The translations under genes were made by a program, and so were the position numbers. A DNA stretch of 64,000 bases from Planctomycetota bacterium (GTDB lineage Bacteria > Planctomycetota > UBA1135), in assembly GCA_045047305.1 (NCBI GenBank), contig JASFYO010000036.1:44158-108157 (forward strand). The letters are read 5' to 3'. Positions within the stretch are counted from its first letter, which is position 1, and every line of letters begins with the position of its first letter. Under the pieces are notes generated by a model. That model searched no databases and was not told the origin of the DNA. It saw only the letters and a list, made by a program, of their open reading frames with translations. Of the stretch, positions 28,091-38,756 are shown piece by piece.

Positions 28091-28843
28091 TTAAGCAGCG
28101 CTTGGCTCGCCTTTTTCTTGCTGGCGTAAAAGATGGTCGATCGCAAGGTCCACGGCTTCGTCATCTTGGAGTAAAAGCAAAGGCGAACCGCGGAGTTTGC
28201 CTGGCACCGCAATGTACACATGTTCCTCCTCCACCATCAAAGTCGCGAGTGGTCCACTTGCGCTTGTCAGCAATAATGGCCAATCGCCTCCCTTACACAA
28301 GACTTCGGGTTGCAGTACCGAACAGGCCTGCAATAGGCGGCGCAAGTAACGCGTTTCGATAGAACCTGGCAACATGGCAAGATAATCCAAGTTATTGCTG
28401 GTGGAAATCATCTCATCTAAGAAGATGAACGGAGTGCGTCGGCCGTTGATCGGTGGCTCTACGCGAAAGCAGCGCAAGGGAAAAGCGGTGGCCAATAGCT
28501 GCAAACGCTCACGGGCGTCATGCGGAAAGTTGGGTGCTAGAAGAAACAGACGCGGCTCATTGGGGCGCGCGAAGAGGTCGCGGTAACGCTCACCTCCGCC
28601 ACGCAAGCGCGCGATGAGGAGGAGGATTTGATCGTAGGTGGAAGGGTCGAAAGACTCCACATGGAGCATCAAACAAGGCCGCCCTAAGCCGTCCACCCCA
28701 CAAACGTCGACTGAGATATCAGAGCCCAACTCCAATCCATGCTCAAGCATCCGCAGCCCTGGTTCCAAGGATTCCGGATGATGCACGAGCCACTTTAAGA
28801 ATTCATCAAAATCCCAGCTCGGCTTTTCCTTAGGGGGGGTCAC
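28091..28843 (-). CDS. Hypothetical protein with a degenerate NucS/PD-(D/E)XK-like N-terminal domain
   Basis: HPESLEPGLRML...VDVCGVDGLGRPCLMLH...DQIL...PRLFLLAPNF resembles the NucS-like pattern but lacks ExK. Confidence 0.5.
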   Translation of the reverse strand: MTPPKEKPSWDFDEFLKWLVHHPESLEPGLRMLEHGLELGSDISVDVCGVDGLGRPCLMLHVESFDPSTYDQILLLIARLRGGGERYRDLFARPNEPRLFLLAPNFPHDARERLQLLATAFPLRCFRVEPPINGRRTPFIFLDEMISTSNNLDYLAMLPGSIETRYLRRLLQACSVLQPEVLCKGGDWPLLLTSASGPLATLMVEEEHVYIAVPGKLRGSPLLLLQDDEAVDLAIDHLLRQQEKGEPSAA

Positions 28844-29418
28844 TGAAAAGTCGCTCCAGGAGGAAGCTTACCGCGATTTCGTGGCTCAATACCCCCAGAA
28901 TCCCGTGTTTTCAAGGATGTCGCATCTAGGGCGGCCGGAGCGAGCAGCGCACAAGCCGCCACCGCAAGAGCATCCGATTCGTCCGCCGTAACCGGCTCAA
29001 AGTCCACCAGACCATAATGCACAGCAACCAAATGCTCCACTTGGTCCTTGGTTGCAGACCCGATTCCTGCGACACGAGCCTTGACCGTAGCGGGCGTCAG
29101 CTCCACCAGAGGCACGCCAAAGGCCTCTGCGGTCATGAGTACCACCCCGCGGGCTTCACCAATGCGCAAGGCCGATTGCGCATTCTTACCAAAAAAAGCC
29201 GCTTCCAAAGCCACTTCCTGAGGCTGATACTTCTCAAAAACCTCAAGTAAATGCTGGTGCAAACGGTGCAGCCGAACCCCCATTGCCAGCGGTGCGCGGC
29301 CAAGAGTCCAAGCACCAGAATCTATCCGGGCAAGCTGACCACGATCGTTGGACTCGGCAATTGCCCAGCCCACAACCTGGCTTCCAGGATCAATCCCCAA
29401 GATGCGGCGTAGCAACAC
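28840..29418 (-). CDS. ruvC: Crossover junction endodeoxyribonuclease RuvC
   Basis: ILGIDPG, VALEAAFFGKN, GEARGV, GSATKDQV, DESDALAVA. Confidence 0.95.
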   Translation of the reverse strand: MLLRRILGIDPGSQVVGWAIAESNDRGQLARIDSGAWTLGRAPLAMGVRLHRLHQHLLEVFEKYQPQEVALEAAFFGKNAQSALRIGEARGVVLMTAEAFGVPLVELTPATVKARVAGIGSATKDQVEHLVAVHYGLVDFEPVTADESDALAVAACALLAPAALDATSLKTRDSGGIEPRNRGKLPPGATFQ

Positions 29419-29427
29419 AGGTGCATG

Positions 29428-32316
29428 CTACTTCTTCGGAAGGTCATGATTCAGCTGCTCTCCTGCGGTAATCACCAAAGCCTTGGAAGTGTAATCTCCA
29501 TGATTCACGGTGTAAGTGCCAGGCGCAAGGTCGTTGAAGCTATAACGGCCATCGGAGCCTGTCATGGCAATATCAACCATGCCACCGTCTTCATCTTGCA
29601 ACATGATGAGCGCGTTGGGCCCAAACATACTGCGTCCGGTTAACTCTGGATCATAAGTCGCGTCCGCACCAGAGATGCTCGCACCCTTTTGTAAGCGATG
29701 AGTACCGAGGTCGACGTCGTCCCCTTCCCCTACCTTGAACGGCTCGGAAGTCCAACGCTCATAACCACGGGCGCGACATTTCACCACCCAGGTTCCAGCT
29801 GGGACATCGGTAAAACGGAAGTCGCCATCGGCGTCAGAAACCGCACTGGCATCATTGGGACTGCCGCTCGCCATCTGAACCGCTGGGCCTTCACCATTGT
29901 CGACCACCATGATGGCAATCCCCTGGGTGCGAGTAGCGCCTTCTTCTCCTCCACTATCGCGTTCTAAGCTAAGGCTAGCGCCTACCATCGGGCGGCTGTC
30001 TGCGAAAAGATTTCCTTTCACCATGGCACCGGGAATCTCGATTTCAAACTCTTGGCTTCCACCTGCAAGCTCCACTTCCTTTCTCACTTGCGGCGCTTGA
30101 TTGCCGGCACGCACCACCAAAATGTACTTGCCAGGCTCTTTGGGCTCGAGCAGTGCACGGCCGGATGCATTGGTGGTGCTTCCTTTCGGCGTGCTTAAAT
30201 CCATTCCTTGTGGACCAAGGCCATTCGGCGGATTCTCTAACCAAGCTTGCACTCCACCAGCCGGGCTACCGTTTCGGGTAACCAAAACAGAGGCCAACCC
30301 TAGGTCATGGATTTTCATGACCACCTCAACTCGCGCATCTCCGCGCACGTCGACCTGCTCCACGGGATGCATCGTTCCCTCCTGCAGCGGCCCCCCCAAC
30401 ATGATGACCATGCCACCCATTTCAGCTTCGGCCTCGCGATAGCCAACTTCATAGCGCCCCGATTCCAATCGCGGCCAAACTGCACGGCCAGTGGTATCGC
30501 TTATTTGGCTTAGAGTCTCACCTTCGCGGTCCAGGGGCTTTAGATAGACATCGACGCGTGGAAGTGCCACCTTATCGGGAGTCATGACGAAGACCACTAG
30601 CTGCGAGGCTGCGGGAAGCATGACTTCCTCCACCTGCGCATCATCGACTCGATCAAAACGATGGGTGCGATCCGCGTGGCCCTTGGCATGGACCTCGATC
30701 TCGTAAGTGCCTACGGGAACTCCATAGATTACCGCGCGGCCGAAGGCATCGCTGGTGCCACGAAAACCGCGGCCAATGGAAGTCATGCGCGTTTCGGATT
30801 CGGTATCCCCATCCGAGGATGCATCATGCGCGAACTCGACTTCGAAATCCCCCCAGGAACCTTCGGACCGAATGTCGTGCAGGGAAACATCGGCTCCAGC
30901 AACAGCATTTCCATCTGAGCCCAAAACTGAAACCACCAAATGGCGGGCTGGTTCTAAGGTGACCGCCAACCCGCTCACGTTTTCCGTCAACGCGACAGGG
31001 AAATCCACCAACTGCCCTAATGGCGAAAAGACTTGCAAGGTGTAATCACCTGGTCGTAATCCCTGAATGGAAAAGCTGCCATCTTGCGCTGTCACTTGTT
31101 CCGAACCACGACGCATCCCTCCCACATCGCCAAGCTGCGCTTCCAAACTGCGCGCTAGGCGGACTTCCGCACCGGCAACGGGCTTGCCATTTGGCCCGAC
31201 CACCTTGCCTGCGAAAGTCAAACTGCGCGTCAGGTGGACCACCAGTTCCTCTCCTGCTGCGGGGAGTTTCTTGCGCTGGGTTGCGAACCCCTCGCCACGA
31301 ATCACCACCGAGTCCAACTCGGATTCCAACCCAGCCAAAGTGAATCGACCTTGGCTATCCGTGTGTGCACCGATGCGACTCTGCAAAGGAACAGACTCCG
31401 ACATTTCCGTAAAGCCAATATCAAAGAGCATGCGATTGGGACCTACCACAGCGCCAACCACCGGCCGATGATCTTCATCCAGTACCACGCCGCTAACGCT
31501 GCGGCCAGCACCCATGTGTAAGTCCAAAGCTTGCGTAACTCCGCGCCCGTTCACCACCACGGGATCGGCTTGCGCCGGCGCGAATCCATCAGAGAATGCG
31601 CGTAAGCGGTAGGTCCCAGCCGGAATACCACCAATTTCATAAGCCCCATTTTCATCCGTCGTGACCTCGTGATTCACCTGCGATCCCATCATGATCGAGG
31701 ACCCGCTTTCACTCAGATGAATACGCGACAGGGCAAGCGGATTCCCTTCTGGGTCCAATACGCGCCCTGCAATCGTATCGGCGGTGGCCAAGGTCAAGGA
31801 TCCCAAATCTAGCTCTTCGCCAGGCTGCAACGCTGCCAACTGGTAGGACTGTGGAGCCCAAAAATCCCCGCTACTCACTAATTCTAGGGCGACATCAGAA
31901 GGCACTTGCATACGCACCGAGCCACTGGAGTCACTGGCCCCTTCGCCCATAATTTCGGCCTTGCCAAAGCGTTGCGAAGTTTGTGCGCGTAAGTAACTTC
32001 CAGCAATAGCGCGCCCATTGGAATCGACCAACTTAGCTCGAACCCAAGAGGCTTCCTCAGTGCTAGCCGCAAGCCTGACTGCACCACCTTCGGGATTCAT
32101 ATTCGAACGTGTCATGCCAGCAGGAGCCTCCACCCGGTCGGCAGCTTGAATTCCCTCGGCCTCCGCGGATTCGCCTGCAGTGGCGCCGCCGACCGCAGCT
32201 GAGACTTGAGTAACCTCCCCTAGCGGATTCACATCCGTCGGCGATTGATAGAAGAAAAACACAGCTCCACCACAGAGGGCGAGCAAAACGAGAATGGCTG
32301 GGAGAATGCGTGGCAT
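29428..32316 (-). CDS. Large membrane-anchored protein with multiple carboxypeptidase-regulatory-like (Cna-B/TTR-like) repeats
   Basis: TM anchor followed by many G(R/V/K)VxxxxGxPxxGAxV...T(D/N)xxGx(F/Y)...L.PG.Y units. ATG at 32316. Confidence 0.8.
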   Translation of the reverse strand: MPRILPAILVLLALCGGAVFFFYQSPTDVNPLGEVTQVSAAVGGATAGESAEAEGIQAADRVEAPAGMTRSNMNPEGGAVRLAASTEEASWVRAKLVDSNGRAIAGSYLRAQTSQRFGKAEIMGEGASDSSGSVRMQVPSDVALELVSSGDFWAPQSYQLAALQPGEELDLGSLTLATADTIAGRVLDPEGNPLALSRIHLSESGSSIMMGSQVNHEVTTDENGAYEIGGIPAGTYRLRAFSDGFAPAQADPVVVNGRGVTQALDLHMGAGRSVSGVVLDEDHRPVVGAVVGPNRMLFDIGFTEMSESVPLQSRIGAHTDSQGRFTLAGLESELDSVVIRGEGFATQRKKLPAAGEELVVHLTRSLTFAGKVVGPNGKPVAGAEVRLARSLEAQLGDVGGMRRGSEQVTAQDGSFSIQGLRPGDYTLQVFSPLGQLVDFPVALTENVSGLAVTLEPARHLVVSVLGSDGNAVAGADVSLHDIRSEGSWGDFEVEFAHDASSDGDTESETRMTSIGRGFRGTSDAFGRAVIYGVPVGTYEIEVHAKGHADRTHRFDRVDDAQVEEVMLPAASQLVVFVMTPDKVALPRVDVYLKPLDREGETLSQISDTTGRAVWPRLESGRYEVGYREAEAEMGGMVIMLGGPLQEGTMHPVEQVDVRGDARVEVVMKIHDLGLASVLVTRNGSPAGGVQAWLENPPNGLGPQGMDLSTPKGSTTNASGRALLEPKEPGKYILVVRAGNQAPQVRKEVELAGGSQEFEIEIPGAMVKGNLFADSRPMVGASLSLERDSGGEEGATRTQGIAIMVVDNGEGPAVQMASGSPNDASAVSDADGDFRFTDVPAGTWVVKCRARGYERWTSEPFKVGEGDDVDLGTHRLQKGASISGADATYDPELTGRSMFGPNALIMLQDEDGGMVDIAMTGSDGRYSFNDLAPGTYTVNHGDYTSKALVITAGEQLNHDLPKK

Positions 32317-32421
32317 GGTCAACGAAGGCTGGGCCTGGATTCTATAACGACCGAGGTAGTCGAACGTTGGGATTTCTTTCAACTTTTCGTGCCGACCAAT
32401 TCTAGGTGCTACCCTTTGCGC

Positions 32422-33135
32422 ATGACTGCAGATACCGCTGCCGTATTAGTCGCCGCCGGCCGAGGTCGTCGCATGGGGGGCATAAACAAAGCTCTCTTAC
32501 GCCTAGGAGAGCGTCCGCTGCTGGATTACAGCCTTCGGACCCTGCTCGCGTCGCCATCGATTGGGCGCATTGTTTTAGTCATGAACGCGATGGACTTGCA
32601 GCGCTTCACCGACGAATGGCACTGCACACCAAGCGAAATGGGAGTCGACGAAATCGTTGCAGGAGGCTCCGAACGCTGGCTATCAAGCCAAAATGGTTGC
32701 ATAGCTGCAGGCAAGGATTTCCCCTACCTTTTGGTCCACGATGCAGCGCGCCCCCTGCTTCAGGCAAGCGATTTGGAATCCGTGCTTCAAGCCGCACGCA
32801 AAACCGGTGCTGCCCTTGCTGCCGAGCCACTTGCAGACACGCTCAAGCAAAGTTGCACCGATACCCGAGTGCAGACCACGGTTCCGCGTGAAGGTTTATG
32901 GCGCGCGCAAACCCCGCAAGTCGCGAAAACGGAATGGATGCTGCAAGCCTTTGCTGATTGGAACCCCGCGGTCGACGGCCTCCCCACCGATGAATCCATG
33001 ATGCTCGAAAAAATTGGGCATCCAGTCGAGTTAGTTCCCTGCCAGGGACCCAACTTCAAAATCACTTTACCGCGCGACTTACTTCTCGCCGAAGCCTTGA
33101 TGCGTGAAACCCAAGCTGTGCAACATGATTCCTGA
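32422..33135 (+). CDS. ispD: 2-C-methyl-D-erythritol 4-phosphate cytidylyltransferase
   Basis: AAGRGRRMG..NK, GGSERWLS, LVHDAARP, AQTPQ, TDES, NFKITLPRDL. Confidence 0.95.
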   Translation: MTADTAAVLVAAGRGRRMGGINKALLRLGERPLLDYSLRTLLASPSIGRIVLVMNAMDLQRFTDEWHCTPSEMGVDEIVAGGSERWLSSQNGCIAAGKDFPYLLVHDAARPLLQASDLESVLQAARKTGAALAAEPLADTLKQSCTDTRVQTTVPREGLWRAQTPQVAKTEWMLQAFADWNPAVDGLPTDESMMLEKIGHPVELVPCQGPNFKITLPRDLLLAEALMRETQAVQHDS

Positions 33136-33610
33136 TTCTGTTCCCCGCATAGGATTGGGTTGGGATCGCCATTCCTTAGTGGAAAACCGTCCCTGCATTT
33201 TGGGTGGAGTTCCTATTCCCAATGCCGTCGGCCCCAGTGGCCACTCCGATGCCGATGTCCTCCTGCATGCGCTTTGCGATGCCCTGCTTGGCGCCGCCGG
33301 TCTAGATGATCTCGGCACCATGTTTCCGGACGCGGAGCCACAATGGAAAGGTGCAGCCAGCACCCAGTTTGTCGAGGCCGCGATGAAGTTACTGCGCGCC
33401 AAAAAACTGCAAGTCGCTTCCGCCGACCTAGTAGTCATCTGCGACACTCCAAAGTTATCTCCACACCGTGACGTAATCCGAGAGAACTTAGCGCAAATGC
33501 TGGAGCTACCTGTGGACCGCGTCAACCTGAAGGGCAAGACCACGGAAGGTGGTTCTGGCGGCGCGATTGAAGTGCAGGCAGTGGTCTTGCTGGTCAACCG
33601 AAACGACTAA
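33125..33610 (+). CDS. ispF: 2-C-methyl-D-erythritol 2,4-cyclodiphosphate synthase
   Basis: RIGLGWDRH, GHSDADVLLHALCDALLGA, DLGTMFPD, KGKTTE. Confidence 0.95.
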   Translation: MIPDSVPRIGLGWDRHSLVENRPCILGGVPIPNAVGPSGHSDADVLLHALCDALLGAAGLDDLGTMFPDAEPQWKGAASTQFVEAAMKLLRAKKLQVASADLVVICDTPKLSPHRDVIRENLAQMLELPVDRVNLKGKTTEGGSGGAIEVQAVVLLVNRND

Positions 33611-35505
33611 GCAGGGGTTTCCGCATCAGGCGAACCCACTTGTAGTGCCCACATTTTGGCGTAGCTACCACCGCGTCCGAGCAAGTCATCATGCGAACCG
33701 CTTTCGATGATGCGCCCACCTTCTAGAACCAAAATCTTATCGGCGCTGCGAATGGTGCCGAGGCGATGCGCAATCACAAAGGTGGTGCGACCTTCCATCA
33801 GGTTTTCCAAAGCCTCTTGCACTTTACGTTCGGATTCTGAATCTAGAGCACTGGTAGCTTCGTCGAGGAGCAGGACATCGGCATCCTTGAGCAGGGCGCG
33901 GGCAATCGTCACACGTTGCGCTTGACCGCCGCTTAAGCGCGCACCAGAGTCACCAACTTGGGTATCCAAGCCATCTGGCATCTGCTCCAAAGTATCCATT
34001 AAGTTAGCCGCCTTACATGCAGCCAGAATGGCTTCTTCACTGGCATCCAGAGTGCCGTAGCGAATGTTATCGCGGATGGATGCCTGAAACAGGAATGGCT
34101 GTTGCTGCACCACCGCGAGATGATCCATCCAATCTCCCTTGCGCAGATCGCGCAGATCGGTTCCATCCACGAGAATCCGACCTTCCGTAGTCTCATAAAA
34201 ACGAGCCACCAAATCCAAAATGGTGCTCTTGCCGGCGCCAGATAAACCCACTAGCGCAATGCGTTCGCCAAGTGCTACTTCAAGCTGAATATTGCACAGA
34301 GCAGGCTCGTTCGCATCGGGATAAGTAAATCCCACGCTCTCGAACTGAATGCCCTGCTTCAGGCCTGTAAACGCTTTTGCATCTGCGGCATCTTGCAAGT
34401 CCGGCGCAAGTTCGAAAACCTCGAAGACTCGATCAATCGAACCAAGAGATCCGTAAATCGCGGCGAATGCGCGGGTGAGCCGCTTAACGTAAGCCATCAA
34501 CATACCAATGGAGGTTAGGAAAACCACCATGGTGCCTGCACCGCTGAAAATCGGGGCGCGCCCACTTGCAACCAAGGACAAGTGAAGGATGACTAACAAG
34601 CCAAGAACCAATCCAATGCCACCATTCGCGAAGAATGCGGTCACCGCCAAACTCGTGGCTTGAGCGCGGATCATGCGACCTGTTTCATGCACGAACTCTT
34701 CGTTGGCGCGGCGAAAGTTACCGACCTCCTGCTGCTCCATGCGGAAAGCCTTCACCACTCGAATACCCGACAACATCTGGGTAAGCCGTTGCGTTGTATC
34801 ACCCAAACTATCTTGGGATTTTTTCGCCCGACGTCGGATGCTAGGGCCAATCTTAGCCACTGGCAAGGCAATCACGGGGATCAGTATCAACATGCCAACG
34901 GTTGCTGTAGGCTCCGCCGCCCATGCCATAAACAACGAGGTGAGGATGGCCACGGGAGATTGCACGATCTCCTCCAACATCACACTGAGCACACGCAAAC
35001 TTGCCGCGACGTCGACGGTGAGGCGGGAAAGCAGGTCGCCGAGACGTCGGTCGGAGTGAAAGCCCATGCCAAGCTTCATCACGTGGTCGGCGAGATCAAT
35101 ACGCAAGTCGGTAACCATGCGTACCGATAGCATGCGCGCCATAGCAAGAAAGAAAAACTGGATGATCGAGATGACCAGCGCGATGCCCGACATCAATAGC
35201 AGCATCACCACCACCTGGCTCACGCCGTCCGCCAATCCCCAGTTAGAGAAGGTGGAAAGCCATGGTTCCATCACATTGCTGGTGAAGCGTTCCAGCGCCG
35301 AAGCAGTGGCATCTTGACTCGAAACCTCCCCCAAACCAAGACGATCAGTAAGCGGCTTAAAGAAAAGCAGCGTCGCACGGCCGCCAATCGCCGCAATTGC
35401 GCCGAGTGCGATCACCCCAAAGGCTTGCCGCCGGTAAGGCCTTAAATAAGGCACCAACCGGCGGAAAGCGGAAAGGATGGATCCTTTGTTTTTCTTCTTT
35501 GCCAA
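33607..35505 (-). CDS. ABC exporter with fused TMD and NBD (MsbA-like)
   Basis: TM domain, GLSGAGKST, LSGGQAQR, LLLDEATSALD, IAHRL. Confidence 0.9.
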   Translation of the reverse strand: MAKKKNKGSILSAFRRLVPYLRPYRRQAFGVIALGAIAAIGGRATLLFFKPLTDRLGLGEVSSQDATASALERFTSNVMEPWLSTFSNWGLADGVSQVVVMLLLMSGIALVISIIQFFFLAMARMLSVRMVTDLRIDLADHVMKLGMGFHSDRRLGDLLSRLTVDVAASLRVLSVMLEEIVQSPVAILTSLFMAWAAEPTATVGMLILIPVIALPVAKIGPSIRRRAKKSQDSLGDTTQRLTQMLSGIRVVKAFRMEQQEVGNFRRANEEFVHETGRMIRAQATSLAVTAFFANGGIGLVLGLLVILHLSLVASGRAPIFSGAGTMVVFLTSIGMLMAYVKRLTRAFAAIYGSLGSIDRVFEVFELAPDLQDAADAKAFTGLKQGIQFESVGFTYPDANEPALCNIQLEVALGERIALVGLSGAGKSTILDLVARFYETTEGRILVDGTDLRDLRKGDWMDHLAVVQQQPFLFQASIRDNIRYGTLDASEEAILAACKAANLMDTLEQMPDGLDTQVGDSGARLSGGQAQRVTIARALLKDADVLLLDEATSALDSESERKVQEALENLMEGRTTFVIAHRLGTIRSADKILVLEGGRIIESGSHDDLLGRGGSYAKMWALQVGSPDAETPA

Positions 35506-35510
35506 GGTGG

Positions 35511-37076
35511 CTAGTTTGCTTCAGGCAGCCCGTCCAGGAACTTCAAGAAGCTGGTGGTGAGCAAGTCATCGTTCACAATGTAGAGGTCGCGCTCGTTGGC
35601 GTCGATATCAATCTTGTTGGCAGGCGCCAAACGACTCTTCACGCGGTAGAAGTAGTAACCATAAGGACCCCGTACTGGGCCGTAAATCCCGCCTTCCTCA
35701 GCGAGAAAGAAGATGTCATCGGAGATGGAATACCCAAAAAGGAAATCGGTGTAATCGCTCTCGCCAACGAATCCCCGGAGGTCGTTACGGCTTTGCATGC
35801 CGAGATGACCACGGTGCGGCTGAGGCATGCCATCGCGGCTTCCAGGGACTCTCTCAGGCAGGTCGCTGTACTCCATCAAGACTTCCTCGAAATCCGTGCC
35901 AGTAGCAAGAATCTCAGCGACCTCATTAGCATGTTCTTTGGCTGCTTGGTAAGGATCGCCACTGAGGCTGAACTTACCGGTTGCCAAATCGCGCGCGCTA
36001 ATCAGGATGATGTCGACGTCGACCTTGCCCGCACCATAGAAAGTGCTGCGGCTAGCAATTTGAGCATCCTGCAATTTGCGGTATTCCTCAGTCCCTTCTT
36101 CTGGAAGGGTTTGACGGAAGGAGTGTTTCGCGCGGAAAAACTGGCTGTAAACCTCCATACTTGGATAACCTAAGAATTGAGTAACCATCATCTCGTGAGG
36201 GATGAAGGTGCCTTCGTATTCGGCGGCTTCCGCAGCAAGAAGTTCGGCTGCGGCTTCATCGGACAACCACTTGCCTGACTTGGTCAAGGCGGCTTCCGCG
36301 GCCTCAATTCGATTCACAAAAATCTCCGCCCATTTTCGGTCGGTTTCGCCCAAGAACGGATTGATGATGGCAATGACCTCGTCCGTTTTGACATCGCGTC
36401 CATTCACGCGCATCGCTACGCCTTCTGGTAAACCATCTACTGGGTAAAGGATTTCCGCCTTATCCATCAAGTAACGCCAGATGGTAGGCATCAGCAACAT
36501 ATTGAGCGTTTGGTCGTTGATCTGACCCATCGGCTCATTCTTAGCTTTAGCTTCCAGGCGCTCCTTCAGGCTGTCGGCCATCATGCCATCCCAGTACTGC
36601 TCACCGAGGATTTCCTGCAACTGCTCTGCTGGCCATTGCTCCGGGTCCAAGGGGAAGAACATGGCTCGAGCTTTGATACTGCGCCGCATTTCCTGACGGA
36701 AAGTCTTTTCGGTAAACCCTTGAGCAATGACTTGCTGCCAAAAATCTAGATTGGGATCCTGAGCCCGTACGGCCTCAATGCGAGCAGCGAGTGCGGTTTC
36801 GACTTCTTCATCGCTGATTTCAACATCGGCCAAAGGCAAGTTTGCCTCCTTTCGGCGAAGCTGCTCGTCGGCCAGAAGTTCATCGAGCACCCGCTGCAAC
36901 ATGTAACGCGAACCGGTGGTGAAAATATAGGTGCGCTTGACCTTCTCCTCGTGGCTGATCGCTACGGAAGAGTCAGATTGCGAGATGCTAGCTGCATCTT
37001 GAATGGTTGCAGAGGCGGATGCTGCCGGCTCCTGGAGCATAGGCAGGGCAAGTAGCGCAATGAGGATGGAAGACAT
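35511..37076 (-). CDS. Exported SurA/PrsA-like chaperone with a parvulin-like domain
   Basis: Signal peptide; VDVDIILIS, FEEVLMEYSD, GHLG, GPVRGPYGYYFYRV. Confidence 0.6.
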   Translation of the reverse strand: MSSILIALLALPMLQEPAASASATIQDAASISQSDSSVAISHEEKVKRTYIFTTGSRYMLQRVLDELLADEQLRRKEANLPLADVEISDEEVETALAARIEAVRAQDPNLDFWQQVIAQGFTEKTFRQEMRRSIKARAMFFPLDPEQWPAEQLQEILGEQYWDGMMADSLKERLEAKAKNEPMGQINDQTLNMLLMPTIWRYLMDKAEILYPVDGLPEGVAMRVNGRDVKTDEVIAIINPFLGETDRKWAEIFVNRIEAAEAALTKSGKWLSDEAAAELLAAEAAEYEGTFIPHEMMVTQFLGYPSMEVYSQFFRAKHSFRQTLPEEGTEEYRKLQDAQIASRSTFYGAGKVDVDIILISARDLATGKFSLSGDPYQAAKEHANEVAEILATGTDFEEVLMEYSDLPERVPGSRDGMPQPHRGHLGMQSRNDLRGFVGESDYTDFLFGYSISDDIFFLAEEGGIYGPVRGPYGYYFYRVKSRLAPANKIDIDANERDLYIVNDDLLTTSFLKFLDGLPEAN

Positions 37077-37161
37077 GTTTGATTCTAGAATTGGGATTTC
37101 GGGAGGCCCGATAACGCCGGTGGCCAGATATTTTACACTCCAGATGCCCTCGCGGACGGAA

Positions 37162-37863
37162 ATGAACCATCAGAACCTAACCATTTTGCAAAGAACCTCC
37201 TGGATGCTAAGAAGCGCAGGCCTGGTCCTGCTATGCCTGAACTTCAGCTGCAGCCGGCCGGAGAGCTTATTCATTGGTCCCTATGAGCTGCCATTTCAAG
37301 AGGTTGCAGACGCTCATCAGCAATTACGCCAATCTTTCCCGCTTGAAGGCGAGGACATCCTACGCGCGCATCTTATGCAATTTGGGCTCGGTCAAGCAGC
37401 TATCTTGCACCAAGCAAACCCAGAAAAAAGCGCTTCTGCCCTCCTTGAAGCCCAAAAATGGTCCTCACGGATGCGCTCAGAAGGGGCATTTTTGCCGGTG
37501 ATGCAAGCTTGGTGCCAGGAAACGGGCATCAGCATGAGCCGGGAAAGCGCCCAACTCCCCCACCCCTCGGGCTTAGGGGCCTCGGTAGCAGCCGCTGTGG
37601 CCGGCCTGGAAGATGGCGAATGGACCAAGCCTTTAGCTACCACTTATGGTTGGGAGATCATTATGCTCGATGAGAGGCTACCTGGTGACCGTAACCGAGC
37701 TCAAGTCTTCCTCTATCGAATGCAGTTCCCGGTTGGCGACGATGCGACTCGCGCTCAAGCCAAATCCGACTGGGCTACACTTCCTTTACATGGAAATGCC
37801 GAGCTCCTCAAAGCTCTCCCCCAGTCCTTCCGCCGTAACCGCATAGTCCCTGATCCTGAGTGA
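37162..37863 (+). CDS. Putative lipoprotein with a degenerate parvulin-like PPIase domain (start uncertain)
   Basis: LVLLCLNFSC lipobox-like segment; AAAVAGLEDGEWTKPLATTYGWEIIML. Confidence 0.5.
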   Translation: MNHQNLTILQRTSWMLRSAGLVLLCLNFSCSRPESLFIGPYELPFQEVADAHQQLRQSFPLEGEDILRAHLMQFGLGQAAILHQANPEKSASALLEAQKWSSRMRSEGAFLPVMQAWCQETGISMSRESAQLPHPSGLGASVAAAVAGLEDGEWTKPLATTYGWEIIMLDERLPGDRNRAQVFLYRMQFPVGDDATRAQAKSDWATLPLHGNAELLKALPQSFRRNRIVPDPE

Positions 37864-38756
37864 TGTTTTCTCTCCTCCTCCCCATTTTGTGCACTCCTGC
37901 TGCCATGCCGGAGTGTTTACCAGCACACATTCACTACATTCAAGAGCCAGAAAAAGGTAGCCAGGAACAAAAACCGAAGGCCAAGCCAAAGAAGAAAAAA
38001 TTTGCTCGGCTCACCAGCCCACTGAAAAAGTCGGCGCAAAAAGGGATGCGCCTGATTGAGAAAGGTGAGGAGCAGGAAGATATTGCCGACGGTGTGGCAG
38101 ACCTCAAAGGAATTGGCGAGGCTGCGATTCCACTGTGCTTCGACAGTGTCGTGCGCATGGAAAAGGCCGGGCGCTTAGATCCACTATGGGAAGCCTTGAA
38201 TCAAATTTTAATCGATGACGATTTAGAACTGGCGTGGAACTCGGTCAAAAAGAAGCATGTCGATGCCTTGCGGATTTACTTGGTGCGTCGCTGGGCAGAT
38301 AGCTCGCTTAAAGATTGTGAGGAATTCCTCAGCGAGCACATGGAGAGTGAAAACCCAGACATTGCCTACGAAGCGGCGCGGGGATTAGCCCGGCGCGGGG
38401 TGGCGAGTGCCGTTCCTGCGATTGAGGCGCAAGTCGCCAAGCAATGGTTAAAGCAAGCCGACCGCCTACGTGCTGACTTTGCAGGCATCGAACGCGGTCC
38501 TTTAGTCGCCGCCATTACTCCTTTATTGAAGCGCAAACGATTCAAGGAAAAGCTCGCTGCAATCCGCATGTTTGAGCTTTTTGGAGTCGAGGATCAGGCA
38601 CGCTTAATGACACCCTTTTTGTCGGAATCCGATACGACTCTGCGCTTGGCTGCAATCAACGCCTGCCGTGTCATTATTGCAAAAGAGGAACCTTTAGAAC
38701 GCCCTTCCATGACCGAGATTATTGAACGCGCGGAAGCCTGGAAGGCAAAACTATGA
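37860..38756 (+). CDS. Exported HEAT-repeat protein
   Basis: Helical repeats: ENPDIAYEAARGLA, KEKLAAIRMF, SDTTLRLAAINAC. Confidence 0.6.
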   Translation: MMFSLLLPILCTPAAMPECLPAHIHYIQEPEKGSQEQKPKAKPKKKKFARLTSPLKKSAQKGMRLIEKGEEQEDIADGVADLKGIGEAAIPLCFDSVVRMEKAGRLDPLWEALNQILIDDDLELAWNSVKKKHVDALRIYLVRRWADSSLKDCEEFLSEHMESENPDIAYEAARGLARRGVASAVPAIEAQVAKQWLKQADRLRADFAGIERGPLVAAITPLLKRKRFKEKLAAIRMFELFGVEDQARLMTPFLSESDTTLRLAAINACRVIIAKEEPLERPSMTEIIERAEAWKAKL

